A stretch of 64,000 bases of DNA from positions 15,430 to 79,429 of the forward strand of contig JBBTVD010000009.1 of NCBI GenBank assembly GCA_038063415.1, read 5' to 3'. The stretch is from Patescibacteria group bacterium. Its GTDB lineage: Bacteria > Patescibacteriota > Microgenomatia > Levybacterales > UBA12049. Positions 46,077-56,033 of this stretch are shown here, in pieces. How positions within the stretch are numbered: position 1 is the first letter of the stretch; each line of letters begins with the position of its first letter. Under the pieces are notes generated by a model. The model made no database searches and was not told the DNA's origin. It was given only the letters and a program-made list of their open reading frames with translations. A program made the translations under genes and the position numbers.

Positions 46077-47275
46077 TGCTCAGTTCATTGTTTAAAACAA
46101 AAAGATTTTTTCTTCTCCTGCTTCTTTTGCTCGTTATTTTTGTTGTCCGGCAAATTTTTCTGTCCTCTCCATCACATGAGTTAACGTATACCGTTACTCG
46201 TGGTGAGTTAGTTGACACTGTTGAGGCAAGTGGTATGTTTATGACGGCTTTGCAAAAAGAGATTTTTTCTCCGACAAAAGGGGTTATTACTCAGTTATAT
46301 GTGGTGAACAATCAGGAAGTAAAAAAAGGTGAGCCCCTCTTTCATGTCGAAAGTACCGCTACTGAAAAGGAAAAAATCACGGCACTCGCCACCTATCAAA
46401 CAGCAGTAAGTACGTTAACGACTGCTCAACAAACAAAAGAGTCCCTTGATGCTACGATGTGGACAGAACATAAAGCATTGCTTGATGCACAAAATGCAAA
46501 GAACTTTCAAGAAGATAATACGACAAATCCTGATACTGATGATACGTATACTGATTTAGAAAAAAGGAGTCTCGATTCTGCGCTTGTTCAAGCCAGAAAG
46601 GACTTTGCCACGGCTGAGAAAAAATACAAAGAAGCTGACAGTGCAATTGTGGCTGCTCAAGCATCTCTTGCATCTGCAAAAAGAGTGTACGATGAAACAA
46701 AAGATGTAACTATTGCTGCTCCTGTTGGTGGGACGATCGTTAATTTGTTAAAAAAAGTTGGTGATGAAGTCTCTATCCCTGAGACATCTTCAGAATCACA
46801 ATCACAGAAAAAGCCTGTTCTCCCAGTACTCATGATTGCTAATCTAGCAAATCCAGTGATTATCGCAACGGTTAATGAATCATATATCCCTCGCATTACT
46901 ACTGGACAAAGAGTATCAGTTATCTTTGATGCACTGAAAGAAGAACGTTTTACTGGCTCGGTTGCCGAGGTAGATACGATAGGAACCGATACTGATGGCG
47001 TGGTCACCTATCAAGTTCGTATAGAATTTCCAGATATTCCTCCAACCATCCGTCCTAAAATGACAGCCATTGTGTCTATTGAGACGTTGTACAAAAGTAA
47101 TGTATTGACTGTACCTAATAGTGCGCTACTGACACAAGATGGAAAGACGTATATTAAAAAGAATGGTAAAGTGAACGAGCTAATTGCAGTTACGACTGGA
47201 AAAAGAGGAACCACAAAGACCGAAGTTACCTCAGGTCTTGAAGAAGGAGATGTCATTCTGGCAAATGTACAATGA
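46061..47275 (+). CDS. HlyD/MacA-family periplasmic adaptor (membrane fusion protein)
   Basis: 404 aa. N-terminal TM, a long coiled-coil-prone segment, and a C-terminal beta-barrel/lipoyl-like region (TVPNSAL...). It overlaps both neighbours by a few nt. Confidence 0.6.
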   Translation: MVTEIMLSSLFKTKRFFLLLLLLLVIFVVRQIFLSSPSHELTYTVTRGELVDTVEASGMFMTALQKEIFSPTKGVITQLYVVNNQEVKKGEPLFHVESTATEKEKITALATYQTAVSTLTTAQQTKESLDATMWTEHKALLDAQNAKNFQEDNTTNPDTDDTYTDLEKRSLDSALVQARKDFATAEKKYKEADSAIVAAQASLASAKRVYDETKDVTIAAPVGGTIVNLLKKVGDEVSIPETSSESQSQKKPVLPVLMIANLANPVIIATVNESYIPRITTGQRVSVIFDALKEERFTGSVAEVDTIGTDTDGVVTYQVRIEFPDIPPTIRPKMTAIVSIETLYKSNVLTVPNSALLTQDGKTYIKKNGKVNELIAVTTGKRGTTKTEVTSGLEEGDVILANVQ

Positions 47276-48540
47276 AGAATATACAAGGTTATGATAAAGA
47301 TTTCTCGGTAGGTTTTTTCTTGGCACTTCGAGATATACGCCGGAGTAATCCCTGGACCACTTCTCTTATTATTACGGTCATGACGTTAACCTTTTTTAAT
47401 ATGTTGTTTGTCGGTGGGATACTTATTGGACTTGTTTCGGGACTTATTGAGGGTTTCCGGCAGTATTACTCAGGTGATGTTTTTATTAGTCCTGCTGATG
47501 AAAAATATACTATTGAACAGACCAGTACCATAATCTCTGTAGCAGAAAGTGTCCCGACCTTCGTTTCTCTCTCCAAACGATATACAGAAAATGTTCTTGT
47601 GGAAAGCAACTATCGTAACCGTGTTCGTACAACTGATGCTCCAGAAAGCGTCGGCGCTATACTTGTTGGTATTGATCCACAAGCGGAAGACAAAATTTCT
47701 CATTTGTCCAGATATCTTGTCGAAGGAGCATTCCTGGACAAAAATGATGTGGATGCTGTGGTCATTGGGAAAGACTTGCTCGCAAAGTACGTCAAAAATA
47801 TCCAGGCAGTAACAAAAAAACTCCATGACGTCAAGATTGGTACCAAAATACGTCTGACCGTGAATGGCAAGCAAGAAGAAGTAACAGTCAAAGGCATTAT
47901 TAATACGACTAATCAGATTGCTGATACACGAGTCTATATGACAGAGGCTATGGTACGAAAACTTTTGGGAAGAGAAAGTCTTAATGCCAATGAAATTGCT
48001 ATTGACTTAGCTCCAGGTGCATCTGATGAAGAAGCAAAGGAATTTATTACCGCAAATATTTCAAATGGTACCGATGTAAAGGTCCAAACAGCTGATGATG
48101 CTGTCCCTGCAGGAAGCGTTGATGTCAAACAGACGTTTATTGTTCTTCGAGATATTGTTGGATTTATCGCGTTGATTGTCGGAGCCATTACGATCTTTAT
48201 TGTTATTTTTGTTAATGCGATTACGAGGCGAAAGTTTATTGGTATCCTTAAAGGTATTGGAATCTCCTCACGGGCAATTCAAATATCTTATGTTTATCAG
48301 GCATTGTTTTATGCAGTATCGGGGATCATCATTGGTAGTATCATTATCATGGGAATGCTCAAGCCGTATTTTGACATATATCCTTTGCAACTACCTATTG
48401 CCGAGGGACGTCTTGCCCTGAGCTATACAGATCTTTTGATTAGAGCCGGTATTTTAACCCTTACGGCTTTTATTTCCGGGTTTATTCCTGCATGGTTAGT
48501 AACAAAGCAAAATACCCTGGATGCGATTTTGGGGAGATAA
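47272..48540 (+). CDS. FtsX/MacB-type ABC transporter permease (4 TM with large periplasmic loop)
   Basis: 422 aa. TM1, then an approx 250-aa extracytoplasmic domain, then three C-terminal TM helices (FIALIVGAITIFIV..., ...IIGSIIIMGML..., ...LTLTAFISGFIPA...), the FtsX-like arrangement. Confidence 0.7.
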   Translation: MKNIQGYDKDFSVGFFLALRDIRRSNPWTTSLIITVMTLTFFNMLFVGGILIGLVSGLIEGFRQYYSGDVFISPADEKYTIEQTSTIISVAESVPTFVSLSKRYTENVLVESNYRNRVRTTDAPESVGAILVGIDPQAEDKISHLSRYLVEGAFLDKNDVDAVVIGKDLLAKYVKNIQAVTKKLHDVKIGTKIRLTVNGKQEEVTVKGIINTTNQIADTRVYMTEAMVRKLLGRESLNANEIAIDLAPGASDEEAKEFITANISNGTDVKVQTADDAVPAGSVDVKQTFIVLRDIVGFIALIVGAITIFIVIFVNAITRRKFIGILKGIGISSRAIQISYVYQALFYAVSGIIIGSIIIMGMLKPYFDIYPLQLPIAEGRLALSYTDLLIRAGILTLTAFISGFIPAWLVTKQNTLDAILGR

Positions 48541-48560
48541 TTTTAGTTCTGTACAATATT

Positions 48561-49250
48561 ATGATGGAAGTAAAAAATTTAATAAAAAAGTTTCAAACTG
48601 GTGATACTGAGTTGATTGCTCTCAAAAATCTTAGCTTTACCGTCCCGACAGGGCAATTTCTCGCAATTACTGGTCGTTCAGGTTCTGGCAAAAGTACCTT
48701 GCTCTATCAGATGAGCTTGCTTGATCGTGCCAATGAAGGAAAACTTATCATTGATGATCAGGAAGTTTCAGCCTTTACTAATGATGAACGTGTTGCCTAC
48801 CGTCGGGATAATTTTGGTTTTGTTTTTCAAGATTATGCTCTCCTTCCGGTTCTTACGGCGAAAGAAAATGTTATGCTCCCAATGTTGATGCAAGGGGTTG
48901 CCAAGAGTATCACAAGAGAAAAGACTGAGAAAGCCCTGCAACGAGTCGGCCTGTCAGATCGATTTGATTATCTTCCCAGTCAGCTCTCTGGTGGACAACA
49001 ACAGCGTGTGAGTATTGCCCGGGCGATTGCGCATAATCCAAGGATTGTGTTCGCTGATGAACCGACAGCCAATCTTGATACTGAGTCATCCAAAATCGTT
49101 CTGGATATCTTTCTCGAGCTTAATAAATCAGGCCAAACGATTATTATGGTAACGCACGAGCCTGATTATGCCAAACTTGCTGATCGAAGGATCGAGTTGT
49201 TGGATGGAGATATTGTTAATGATATCGGACAAAAAAAGGGCAAAAAGTGA
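48561..49250 (+). CDS. ABC transporter ATP-binding protein (MacB/LolD-type)
   Basis: Walker A GRSGSGKST, Q-loop, signature LSGGQQQRVSIARA, Walker B IVFADEPT, H-loop VTHE. The ATG at 48561 (MMEVKNL) is preferred over the track start at 48492. Confidence 0.85.
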   Translation: MMEVKNLIKKFQTGDTELIALKNLSFTVPTGQFLAITGRSGSGKSTLLYQMSLLDRANEGKLIIDDQEVSAFTNDERVAYRRDNFGFVFQDYALLPVLTAKENVMLPMLMQGVAKSITREKTEKALQRVGLSDRFDYLPSQLSGGQQQRVSIARAIAHNPRIVFADEPTANLDTESSKIVLDIFLELNKSGQTIIMVTHEPDYAKLADRRIELLDGDIVNDIGQKKGKK

Positions 49251-49257
49251 GAGTTAC

Positions 49258-49734
49258 TTAGTGGCGTTGAAAGACTGGATGCAATGCTAACGGTTCCCTC
49301 TGTGTCGTTGCTCCCTCTCGTGAGAAAGTAACACGGGTTGCTTCAGGTTGGTACTCCGTAGGTCCTCTTGAAGGGAAAACGACATGGACACTTTCACTTT
49401 CTCCATCGTCATAAACTACAGCATCTTCCACGGTGTGAGGTTGTCTCATCCCGGCGAGAAATGTTCCTTCCCCATCAGATACTTTAATGCTACCCGCTTT
49501 AATCTTTGGATCTATAGAACTTCCTTCTACTTCGAAATAACTATTTCCAGGGTACTTCACTACTCCGATAGCGTGGGGAGCTAATCGCTTATCGGCTGTT
49601 GCATCCCTTCTCCTTGGTATTTCTACATAGGTTCCTCCTGATCTCTCAGCAATAGCGCGTAGGTTCGTACTAGTAAGACTCGCAAGGGATGGAGGATTAT
49701 CTGGATTTGGAAGTGTTGACCCATCTTCGACCAT
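49258..49734 (-). CDS. hypothetical protein (GC content visibly above local average)
   Basis: 158-aa ORF between convergent ABC and folD genes. No recognisable motif; it may be a false ORF. Confidence 0.3.
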   Translation of the reverse strand: MVEDGSTLPNPDNPPSLASLTSTNLRAIAERSGGTYVEIPRRRDATADKRLAPHAIGVVKYPGNSYFEVEGSSIDPKIKAGSIKVSDGEGTFLAGMRQPHTVEDAVVYDDGESESVHVVFPSRGPTEYQPEATRVTFSREGATTQREPLALHPVFQRH

Positions 49735-49744
49735 TATTTTGAGA

Positions 49745-50677
49745 TTATTTTAGAGTTTGCTTCTCCGCTGCAGTAATCAGGTTGTCCATAAGCATTGCTA
49801 CATTAACCGGTCCAGTACCCCCTGGAGTGGGTGTATAAAAGCCTGCAAGGTCTGCAATCTCTTCTTCCTCATAATCTCCAAATAAGTTCCCTTGATCGTT
49901 CTTATCGACTCCTACGCCGATCAGGATTACCCCTTTCCTGATGTTGTCAGCTGTGATGACGCGATGTTTGCCAACGGCCGCGATGATAACATCTGCTTGT
50001 TTGGTTAGGGTGTATGGATCTTTTGTTTTACTATCAACGATCTCTGGGGTTATACCAAGTTGTTTGAGGTAAGAAATGATAGGTCCTCCTCCTGATGGTC
50101 CCTTGCCGATGATGACGATTTTTTGCGTTTTTAGCCACATTAGAAATCCATCGGGGGCCTGCCTCTCGCTTCCCCGTCCGACGGCTTCACTCACGTCATT
50201 CGTTCCAGGCGCTCGACGGGGATCCCCTGCTCGCGTCACTCCTTGCTTTTGTGTATAAACTTCCTCCAATATCTTAACCACGGCCGGGGCAAGTGGGAGT
50301 ACAAAGGGAGATTCCGGATGGAAGCCGTCTACGTCTTTTTGTGGAGCCGTTGCAAGCTCAAGCTGTTTTTCATCAATATGCTTAGGTAGTGGCCGTTGGA
50401 TGAGTATCCCGTGGACGAATGGATCTTGATTAAGCAGAAGCACTTTTTGTCGTAACTCTTCTGTCAAGACCGACTCCTCAAATCTTAGGATAGTAACTTT
50501 TGCACCAATCAGATCAGCCTTTTTTTGCTTGAGCGTGACATAGGCTACTGAAGCTGGATTATTACCAATCAGAAAAACAACTAAATGCGGTGTTATCTTT
50601 TTCCGTTGCAGCTTAAGGACTCTTTTTGTAAGGTCAGTATAGAGCTGGTCAGCGATTGCGCGGCCGTCGAGTTTCAT
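49745..50677 (-). CDS. folD: bifunctional methylenetetrahydrofolate dehydrogenase/cyclohydrolase FolD, carrying an approx 35-codon GC-rich in-frame insertion
   Basis: FolD blocks LVVFLIGNNPASVAYV, VDGFHP, IIGKGP.GGGP, and PGGTGPVNVAML. The start is taken at MKLDGRAIA (50677). The insertion (about 50123-50239) sits between the YTQKQG and KIVIIGKG blocks. Confidence 0.8.
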   Translation of the reverse strand: MKLDGRAIADQLYTDLTKRVLKLQRKKITPHLVVFLIGNNPASVAYVTLKQKKADLIGAKVTILRFEESVLTEELRQKVLLLNQDPFVHGILIQRPLPKHIDEKQLELATAPQKDVDGFHPESPFVLPLAPAVVKILEEVYTQKQGVTRAGDPRRAPGTNDVSEAVGRGSERQAPDGFLMWLKTQKIVIIGKGPSGGGPIISYLKQLGITPEIVDSKTKDPYTLTKQADVIIAAVGKHRVITADNIRKGVILIGVGVDKNDQGNLFGDYEEEEIADLAGFYTPTPGGTGPVNVAMLMDNLITAAEKQTLK

Positions 50678-50705
50678 GTAACTTTCTGTAGCATAGCATA
50701 CATGG

Positions 50706-53273
50706 TTATGCCTGCTCAACTGCTTCGCCAACACAAGTGACGGCAGCTACACTATCTTTTTCATGGGAAAATCGCATCAGGATAACACCTTGTGTGTCTC
50801 GAGAAAGTTTTGGAATTTGTGTAATCAAGAGCTTTACGATTTGTCCGCGTCTTGAGGTAATGATAACTTCTTCACTTCCTGCAGGAATGACTTGTGCATT
50901 CACAACCTTGCCTGTACGATCAGTGACTCGTGCTACTTTGACACCTTGTCCTCCCCTGCCCTGTAGTGGGAATTGCTCAATTGGGGTTTTCTTACCCAGA
51001 CCGTTTTGCATAATCACAAAGACGTCAGCCTTGTCTCCTTTTGTAATGACATCCATACCAATCACTCGATCTGTTGCATCAATTTTAATCCCTCGGACAC
51101 CCATGGTTGGACGGCCCATTGGACGGACTGAGTCTTCTGAGAACTTGATTGACTTACCTTGTTTGGTTACAAGCAAAATTTGATTCTTCCCATCGGAGAT
51201 ATTGCTCCAGACGAGTTCATCACCTGGATCGAGTTTAATCGCGATCATCCCATTGCGGCGGATGTTTTCAAATTCACTAATACTTGTCTTTTTGACTGTA
51301 CCTTTTCGAGTGGTGAGAAAGATATAGCCGTCTTTACCCTTTGTGCTGTAAATAACGAACGATTCAACAACTTCGCCAGATTCAATATTAAGGAGGTTTA
51401 CAATAGCAGTTCCTTTACTCGTTCTACTACTTTCAGCAATTTCATAAGCTTTGAGTGCATAGGCTTTACCCTTGTTGGTAAAGAAGATGATATTGTCATG
51501 TGTCTGCGCATAGCGGATGGCTGCGATATCATCTGCTTCTTTGAGACTCATACCAGTAATCCCCTTGCCTCCACGATGTTGTGTATGGAAACTATTGATT
51601 GATTGACGCTTAATATAGCCTGTCTTGGTCAAGGTAATAACGGTTGCTTCATTTGGGATAAGATCTTCTTCTGAGAACTCCCCTACTTTACCTTTGTACA
51701 CAACGGTCCTGCGAGGATCAGCATATTTTTCTTTGAGTTTACTGAGCTCCGCTTTGATAACACCCAAGATTTTTTCAGGGTGTGCGAGTAAGTCTTCAAG
51801 GTATTCGATGGTTTCTTTTACCATCTTGAGTTCGTCTTCAATCTTTTGTCTTTCAAGCGCAGCCAGCCTTCGAAGCTGCATATCAAGGATTGCTACTGAT
51901 TGAATCTCACTCAAGGCGAATTTCGCCATCAAATTAGTTTTGGCCTCTTCCTGATTTTTTGATGCGCGGATAGTTGCGATGACTGCGTCGATATTGTCGA
52001 CCGCAATCTTAAGACCTTCCAAGATATGCAAACGAGCCTTTGCTTGCTTAAGTTCAAATTCAGTACGTCTCCGAACAACACTGTATCGATGTTTGAGATA
52101 TTCCTCAAGGATAATCTTCAGGTTTACCGTCTGAGGGGTTCCATTTACTAGTGCAACCATATTGACTGGGAAAGACGTTTGTAATTGGGTTAATTTATAG
52201 AGATTGTTGAGAACCTTTTTGGGAGAGGCATCTCTCTTGAGTTCTATATAGATATGCATACCACGACGGTCTGATTCGTCACGGAGGTCTGAAATGCCTT
52301 CAATTTTTTTATCTTTGGCAAGATCCGCAATCTTGGCAATCAGGAGTGCTTTGTTTACCTGATACGGCAGCTCTGTGACTGAAATAGCCGATTTACCATT
52401 ATTGATTTCCTCAATTTCTGCTTTTGCGCGGATAATAATCTTGCCGCGCCCAGTCATATAAGCATTTTTAATTTCTGAAAGATCATAGATTGAGCCGGCT
52501 GTTGGGAAGTCAGGTCCATTGACAAACTCAAGCAGTTCATCAATGGTAATAGCTGATGTGTCAAATACTTCACCAGAGTTTACTGGTACGACTGGAGCTT
52601 TTGGATCGGCAGCTGCAAGTTCTGCCGCTTTTTTCTCGGCTTCCTTTTGGGCTGCGGTGATCTTTCCGATCATAAAGGTAATTGCATCAACAACTTCTGA
52701 CAAATTATGTGGAGGAATCTTGGTTGCCATACCGACTGCAATACCTTCGGCTCCCATCAGCAGCAGGTTGGGAAGTTTTGCAGGTAAGAACAGTGGTTCG
52801 TCACGTGAGGCATCATAGTTTGGTCCAAAATCAACCGTTTCCTTTTCAATATCTACCATGAGCTCTGAAGTAATAGCAGCCATTCTTGATTCGGTATAAC
52901 GCATAGCCGCTGGTGGATCACCATCAACTGAACCGAAGTTACCCTGTCCATCGATCAGTGGGTATCGCATTGAAAAGTCCTGTGCAAGTCTGACGAGTGA
53001 ATCATAAATTGCTGAGTCACCATGTGGATGGTATTTACCCATAACTTCTCCTACAACCGTCGCACTTTTTTTATACTTTGCTGTATGAATGAGACCAAGT
53101 TCGTGCATCGCATAGAGAATGCGTCGGTGAACAGGTTTGAGTCCGTCACGGATATCAGGGAGTGCACGAGAGACAATAACAGACATCGCATAATTCAAAT
53201 ACGATTTCTTCATCTCTTCGGTAATGTTGGTTACCTGTAGTTTGCCAATGTTGTTGTCCATTATATTATCCAT
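50706..53273 (-). CDS. gyrA: DNA gyrase subunit A
   Basis: 855 aa. [36 protein letters not shown], and the C-terminal beta-pinwheel repeats. Confidence 0.95.
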   Translation of the reverse strand: MDNIMDNNIGKLQVTNITEEMKKSYLNYAMSVIVSRALPDIRDGLKPVHRRILYAMHELGLIHTAKYKKSATVVGEVMGKYHPHGDSAIYDSLVRLAQDFSMRYPLIDGQGNFGSVDGDPPAAMRYTESRMAAITSELMVDIEKETVDFGPNYDASRDEPLFLPAKLPNLLLMGAEGIAVGMATKIPPHNLSEVVDAITFMIGKITAAQKEAEKKAAELAAADPKAPVVPVNSGEVFDTSAITIDELLEFVNGPDFPTAGSIYDLSEIKNAYMTGRGKIIIRAKAEIEEINNGKSAISVTELPYQVNKALLIAKIADLAKDKKIEGISDLRDESDRRGMHIYIELKRDASPKKVLNNLYKLTQLQTSFPVNMVALVNGTPQTVNLKIILEEYLKHRYSVVRRRTEFELKQAKARLHILEGLKIAVDNIDAVIATIRASKNQEEAKTNLMAKFALSEIQSVAILDMQLRRLAALERQKIEDELKMVKETIEYLEDLLAHPEKILGVIKAELSKLKEKYADPRRTVVYKGKVGEFSEEDLIPNEATVITLTKTGYIKRQSINSFHTQHRGGKGITGMSLKEADDIAAIRYAQTHDNIIFFTNKGKAYALKAYEIAESSRTSKGTAIVNLLNIESGEVVESFVIYSTKGKDGYIFLTTRKGTVKKTSISEFENIRRNGMIAIKLDPGDELVWSNISDGKNQILLVTKQGKSIKFSEDSVRPMGRPTMGVRGIKIDATDRVIGMDVITKGDKADVFVIMQNGLGKKTPIEQFPLQGRGGQGVKVARVTDRTGKVVNAQVIPAGSEEVIITSRRGQIVKLLITQIPKLSRDTQGVILMRFSHEKDSVAAVTCVGEAVEQA

Positions 53274-53312
53274 AATAAAAGTATATTAATTATATAACAT
53301 CATCCAGTTTAG

Positions 53313-53352
53313 AGATCCTGGAGTCCTTCCTTCAGTCGTCCCCAGGATGACG
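53313..53352. repeat. partial palindromic element (hairpin GATCCTGGAGTCC..CCCCAGGATGACG)
   Basis: A half-copy immediately upstream of a full copy; it shares the CCAGGATGACG terminus. Confidence 0.5.
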
Positions 53353-53369
53353 ATATTATTTCTTTATCC

Positions 53370-53439
53370 GTCATTCTGGCAAATGAACAAAGTTCATGCG
53401 TCCAGAATCAGCAATCGTCTTCGGCTTACCAGAATGACG
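53370..53439. repeat. palindromic MITE/REP-like element, subfamily A
   Basis: GTCATTCTGGC..GTCCAGAATC plus ..CTTACCAGAATGACG. It ends 6 bp from the ppa stop. Confidence 0.75.
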
Positions 53440-53445
53440 TATAGA

Positions 53446-53961
53446 TTACTTGAGTGATTTTTTGACCACTTCAAGTGCGACTGTTTTATCTTTCCATTCT
53501 TTGAGTTTGACCCATTTCCCGGGTTCCAGGGCTTTGTAGGTCTCAAAGAAGTGTCGGATTTTGTTTTTGATTGCTTCAGGAACATCAGTGATATCCTGAT
53601 AGACACCATATTGTGGGTCAACTTTTGCTGTTGGCACCGCAATAATCTTGGTATCAATCCCTGCTTCGTCTTCCATCTCAAGCATTCCAATGACTTGGGC
53701 TGCAACAACTACTCCTGGGTAGACTGTTTTGTCTCCCACGAGAAGAATGTCGAGTGGATCACCATCTTCTCCCATGGTTTGTGGGATAAATCCGTAGTTA
53801 AACGGAAATCTGAGCGCTGTAAACATAAAGCGATCAGCAATGATTACTCCCATATCTTTATCAAGTTCGTACTTGATATCTGAGTCCAATGGAATCTCAA
53901 TGAATGCATTGACGAGTCCATTTGCGACATCTTTTCCTGCTGGTACTTTACTAATATCCAT
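53446..53961 (-). CDS. ppa: inorganic pyrophosphatase (family I)
   Basis: 171 aa. DGDPLDILLV and the conserved Asp/Lys/Tyr positions of soluble PPases. Confidence 0.9.
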   Translation of the reverse strand: MDISKVPAGKDVANGLVNAFIEIPLDSDIKYELDKDMGVIIADRFMFTALRFPFNYGFIPQTMGEDGDPLDILLVGDKTVYPGVVVAAQVIGMLEMEDEAGIDTKIIAVPTAKVDPQYGVYQDITDVPEAIKNKIRHFFETYKALEPGKWVKLKEWKDKTVALEVVKKSLK

Positions 53962-53977
53962 AATTTACTCACCCCCC

Positions 53978-55978
53978 TCAAATATCCAACTCTGCCGTGA
54001 TGGCATTTGTCTGGATAAAGTGCTTTCGTGGTGGTACCGAATCTCCCATAAGCATCGTAAAGACTTCATCTGCTTCCTCTGCATCATCGATGGTAATTTG
54101 CTTGAGTAATCGGTTTGCTGGATTAAGGGTTGTCTCCCACAATTCTTCCGCGTTCATTTCACCAAGACCTTTATATCGTTGTATATTGATGCTTGCGTTG
54201 CCTTTGGTTAGTTCTTTAATTGCCTTTGCTCTCTCGGATTCGTTGAACGCGTATCGTACTTCTTTGCCTCGTTGGATCTTGAAGAGTGGTGGCATCGCGA
54301 CATACACGTGTCCTCCCTCAACGACCTGTCGCAAATGGCGATATAAGAACGTAAGATAGAGACAGGTAATATGTGAGCCGTCGACATCAGCATCAGCCAT
54401 GATGATAATACGATGATAACGAAGCTTTTCTATATTAAATTGCTCAGCAATACCAGCTCCAATTGCGATAATCAGATCTTTAAACTTCTCAGAACCGACT
54501 ATTTGATCAATTCGTGCTCGCTCAGTATTGAGAATTTTTCCAAAGAGTGGCAAAATAGCTTGGAACTTACGATCTCTCCCCTGCTTCACCGATCCACCTG
54601 CTGAATCTCCCTCAACGATGAAAAGTTCACTCTCGGCTGGATTTTTTGACTGACAATCAGCAAGTTTTCCAGGAAGGGTTGATCCTTCAAGCGCACCTTT
54701 ACGAATAACGGCTTCTTTTGCTGCTTTTGCTGCGAGACGAGCTTTTGCTGCAAGGTATACCTTTTCAAGGATTCTCTTCCCTTCGCTTGGATTTTCTTCA
54801 AAGTGAAGGTTAAGTGCCTCTTTGACAATACTATTGACGACAGACTGGATTTCAGAATTTCCGAGCTTTCCTTTGGTTTGTCCTTCAAATTGGATGTTGT
54901 CCTGTGGCATTTTGATAAAGACGACAGCGGTTAGTCCTTCTCTCGTATCATCCCCAATAATTGAATCGTCTTCGCTTTTGAAGGCTTTAATTTTCTTTGC
55001 ATAGTCGTTGATTGCTCGGGTAAGAGCCATACGGAACCCAGTCAAATGTGTGCCACCATTTACGGTATTAATAACGTTGACGTAGGATTCTACATTTTCG
55101 GTATAGGTATTGTTGTATTGAACCGCTATCTCAACCTGCACGTCACCATCAGATTTATTGATATAAATAGGCTTAATGATTGGATCTTTATTTTCATTGA
55201 GCTTCTCAACAAGTGAGACAATTCCTCCTTCAAAATAATAATTCACCTCTTTGATTTGGGCTTTTCTTTTGTCAATGAAGTGAAAAAAGAGTTTTGGCAC
55301 AAGATAGGCGCGTTCTCGAATAATCTTGCGGATGAAGTCATAATCCCATGAATAAGTGATTTCTCCTCCACCTTTCCCCTCTTCGTCAGGTTCTGAAGTC
55401 TTAATAAATTCTTTAAAGATAGACGCATCAGGATAAAAAGTAGTAGAAGTACCTTTTTTGAGACCTACTACCTGCGGATTGTCCTGGATGGTTTCCATAA
55501 CCGCTTCAACAGGTGTCTTTGGAATCCCTCGTTCGTATCGTTGTCGATAAACCTTGCCATCACGACGAACTTCAGCAACTACCCAATCTGATAAAGCATT
55601 TACCACCGATGCTCCTACGCCGTGTAGACCTCCAGAGATTTTATATGCATCTCCTCCAAACTTACCTCCGGCATGGAGTTGTGTCATAACCAGCTCCAGC
55701 GCTGACTTTTTGTGAACAGAGTGCATACCTGTTGGGATACCTCGACCGTCATCTGATACAGCAGCTGTGCCATCTTTGTTGAGTTGAATCCAAACGTTCT
55801 TGGCGTGACCGGCCAGCGCCTCGTCCACAGAATTATCGATGATCTCACGAAGTGTCTCGTGTAAACCGTATACATCAGTTGATCCGATATACATACCAGG
55901 ACGCTTACGAACTGGTTCGAGTCCTTCAAGTACCTGGATTTGTTGTGCGCCGTAGTCAGAGGTTTGCTTTGTAGCCAT
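53978..55978 (-). CDS. gyrB: DNA gyrase subunit B
   Basis: 666 aa. The N-terminal GHKL ATPase (LHGVGASVVNALS), the Toprim domain (EGDSAGGS) and a C-terminal tail, conserved throughout. Confidence 0.95.
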   Translation of the reverse strand: MATKQTSDYGAQQIQVLEGLEPVRKRPGMYIGSTDVYGLHETLREIIDNSVDEALAGHAKNVWIQLNKDGTAAVSDDGRGIPTGMHSVHKKSALELVMTQLHAGGKFGGDAYKISGGLHGVGASVVNALSDWVVAEVRRDGKVYRQRYERGIPKTPVEAVMETIQDNPQVVGLKKGTSTTFYPDASIFKEFIKTSEPDEEGKGGGEITYSWDYDFIRKIIRERAYLVPKLFFHFIDKRKAQIKEVNYYFEGGIVSLVEKLNENKDPIIKPIYINKSDGDVQVEIAVQYNNTYTENVESYVNVINTVNGGTHLTGFRMALTRAINDYAKKIKAFKSEDDSIIGDDTREGLTAVVFIKMPQDNIQFEGQTKGKLGNSEIQSVVNSIVKEALNLHFEENPSEGKRILEKVYLAAKARLAAKAAKEAVIRKGALEGSTLPGKLADCQSKNPAESELFIVEGDSAGGSVKQGRDRKFQAILPLFGKILNTERARIDQIVGSEKFKDLIIAIGAGIAEQFNIEKLRYHRIIIMADADVDGSHITCLYLTFLYRHLRQVVEGGHVYVAMPPLFKIQRGKEVRYAFNESERAKAIKELTKGNASINIQRYKGLGEMNAEELWETTLNPANRLLKQITIDDAEEADEVFTMLMGDSVPPRKHFIQTNAITAELDI

Positions 55979-56033
55979 GTGTAGAGAATATTATTACAGA
56001 ACGAGAGAAAAATTTCAAGCCCAGGTTCATGGC

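Noticed and set aside
45422-46095. Several overlapping ORFs (171, 94, 101, 98 aa) over the poly-acidic tail region of the second Cys-rich gene
   Set aside because: These are products of the GAA/GAT-rich repetitive DNA encoding the acidic tail; they have no independent support.
53394-53708. 104-aa minus-strand ORF overlapping the palindromic elements and the 3-prime part of ppa
   Set aside because: It is out of frame with ppa on the same strand and is built partly from repeat-element sequence, so it is an artefactual ORF.
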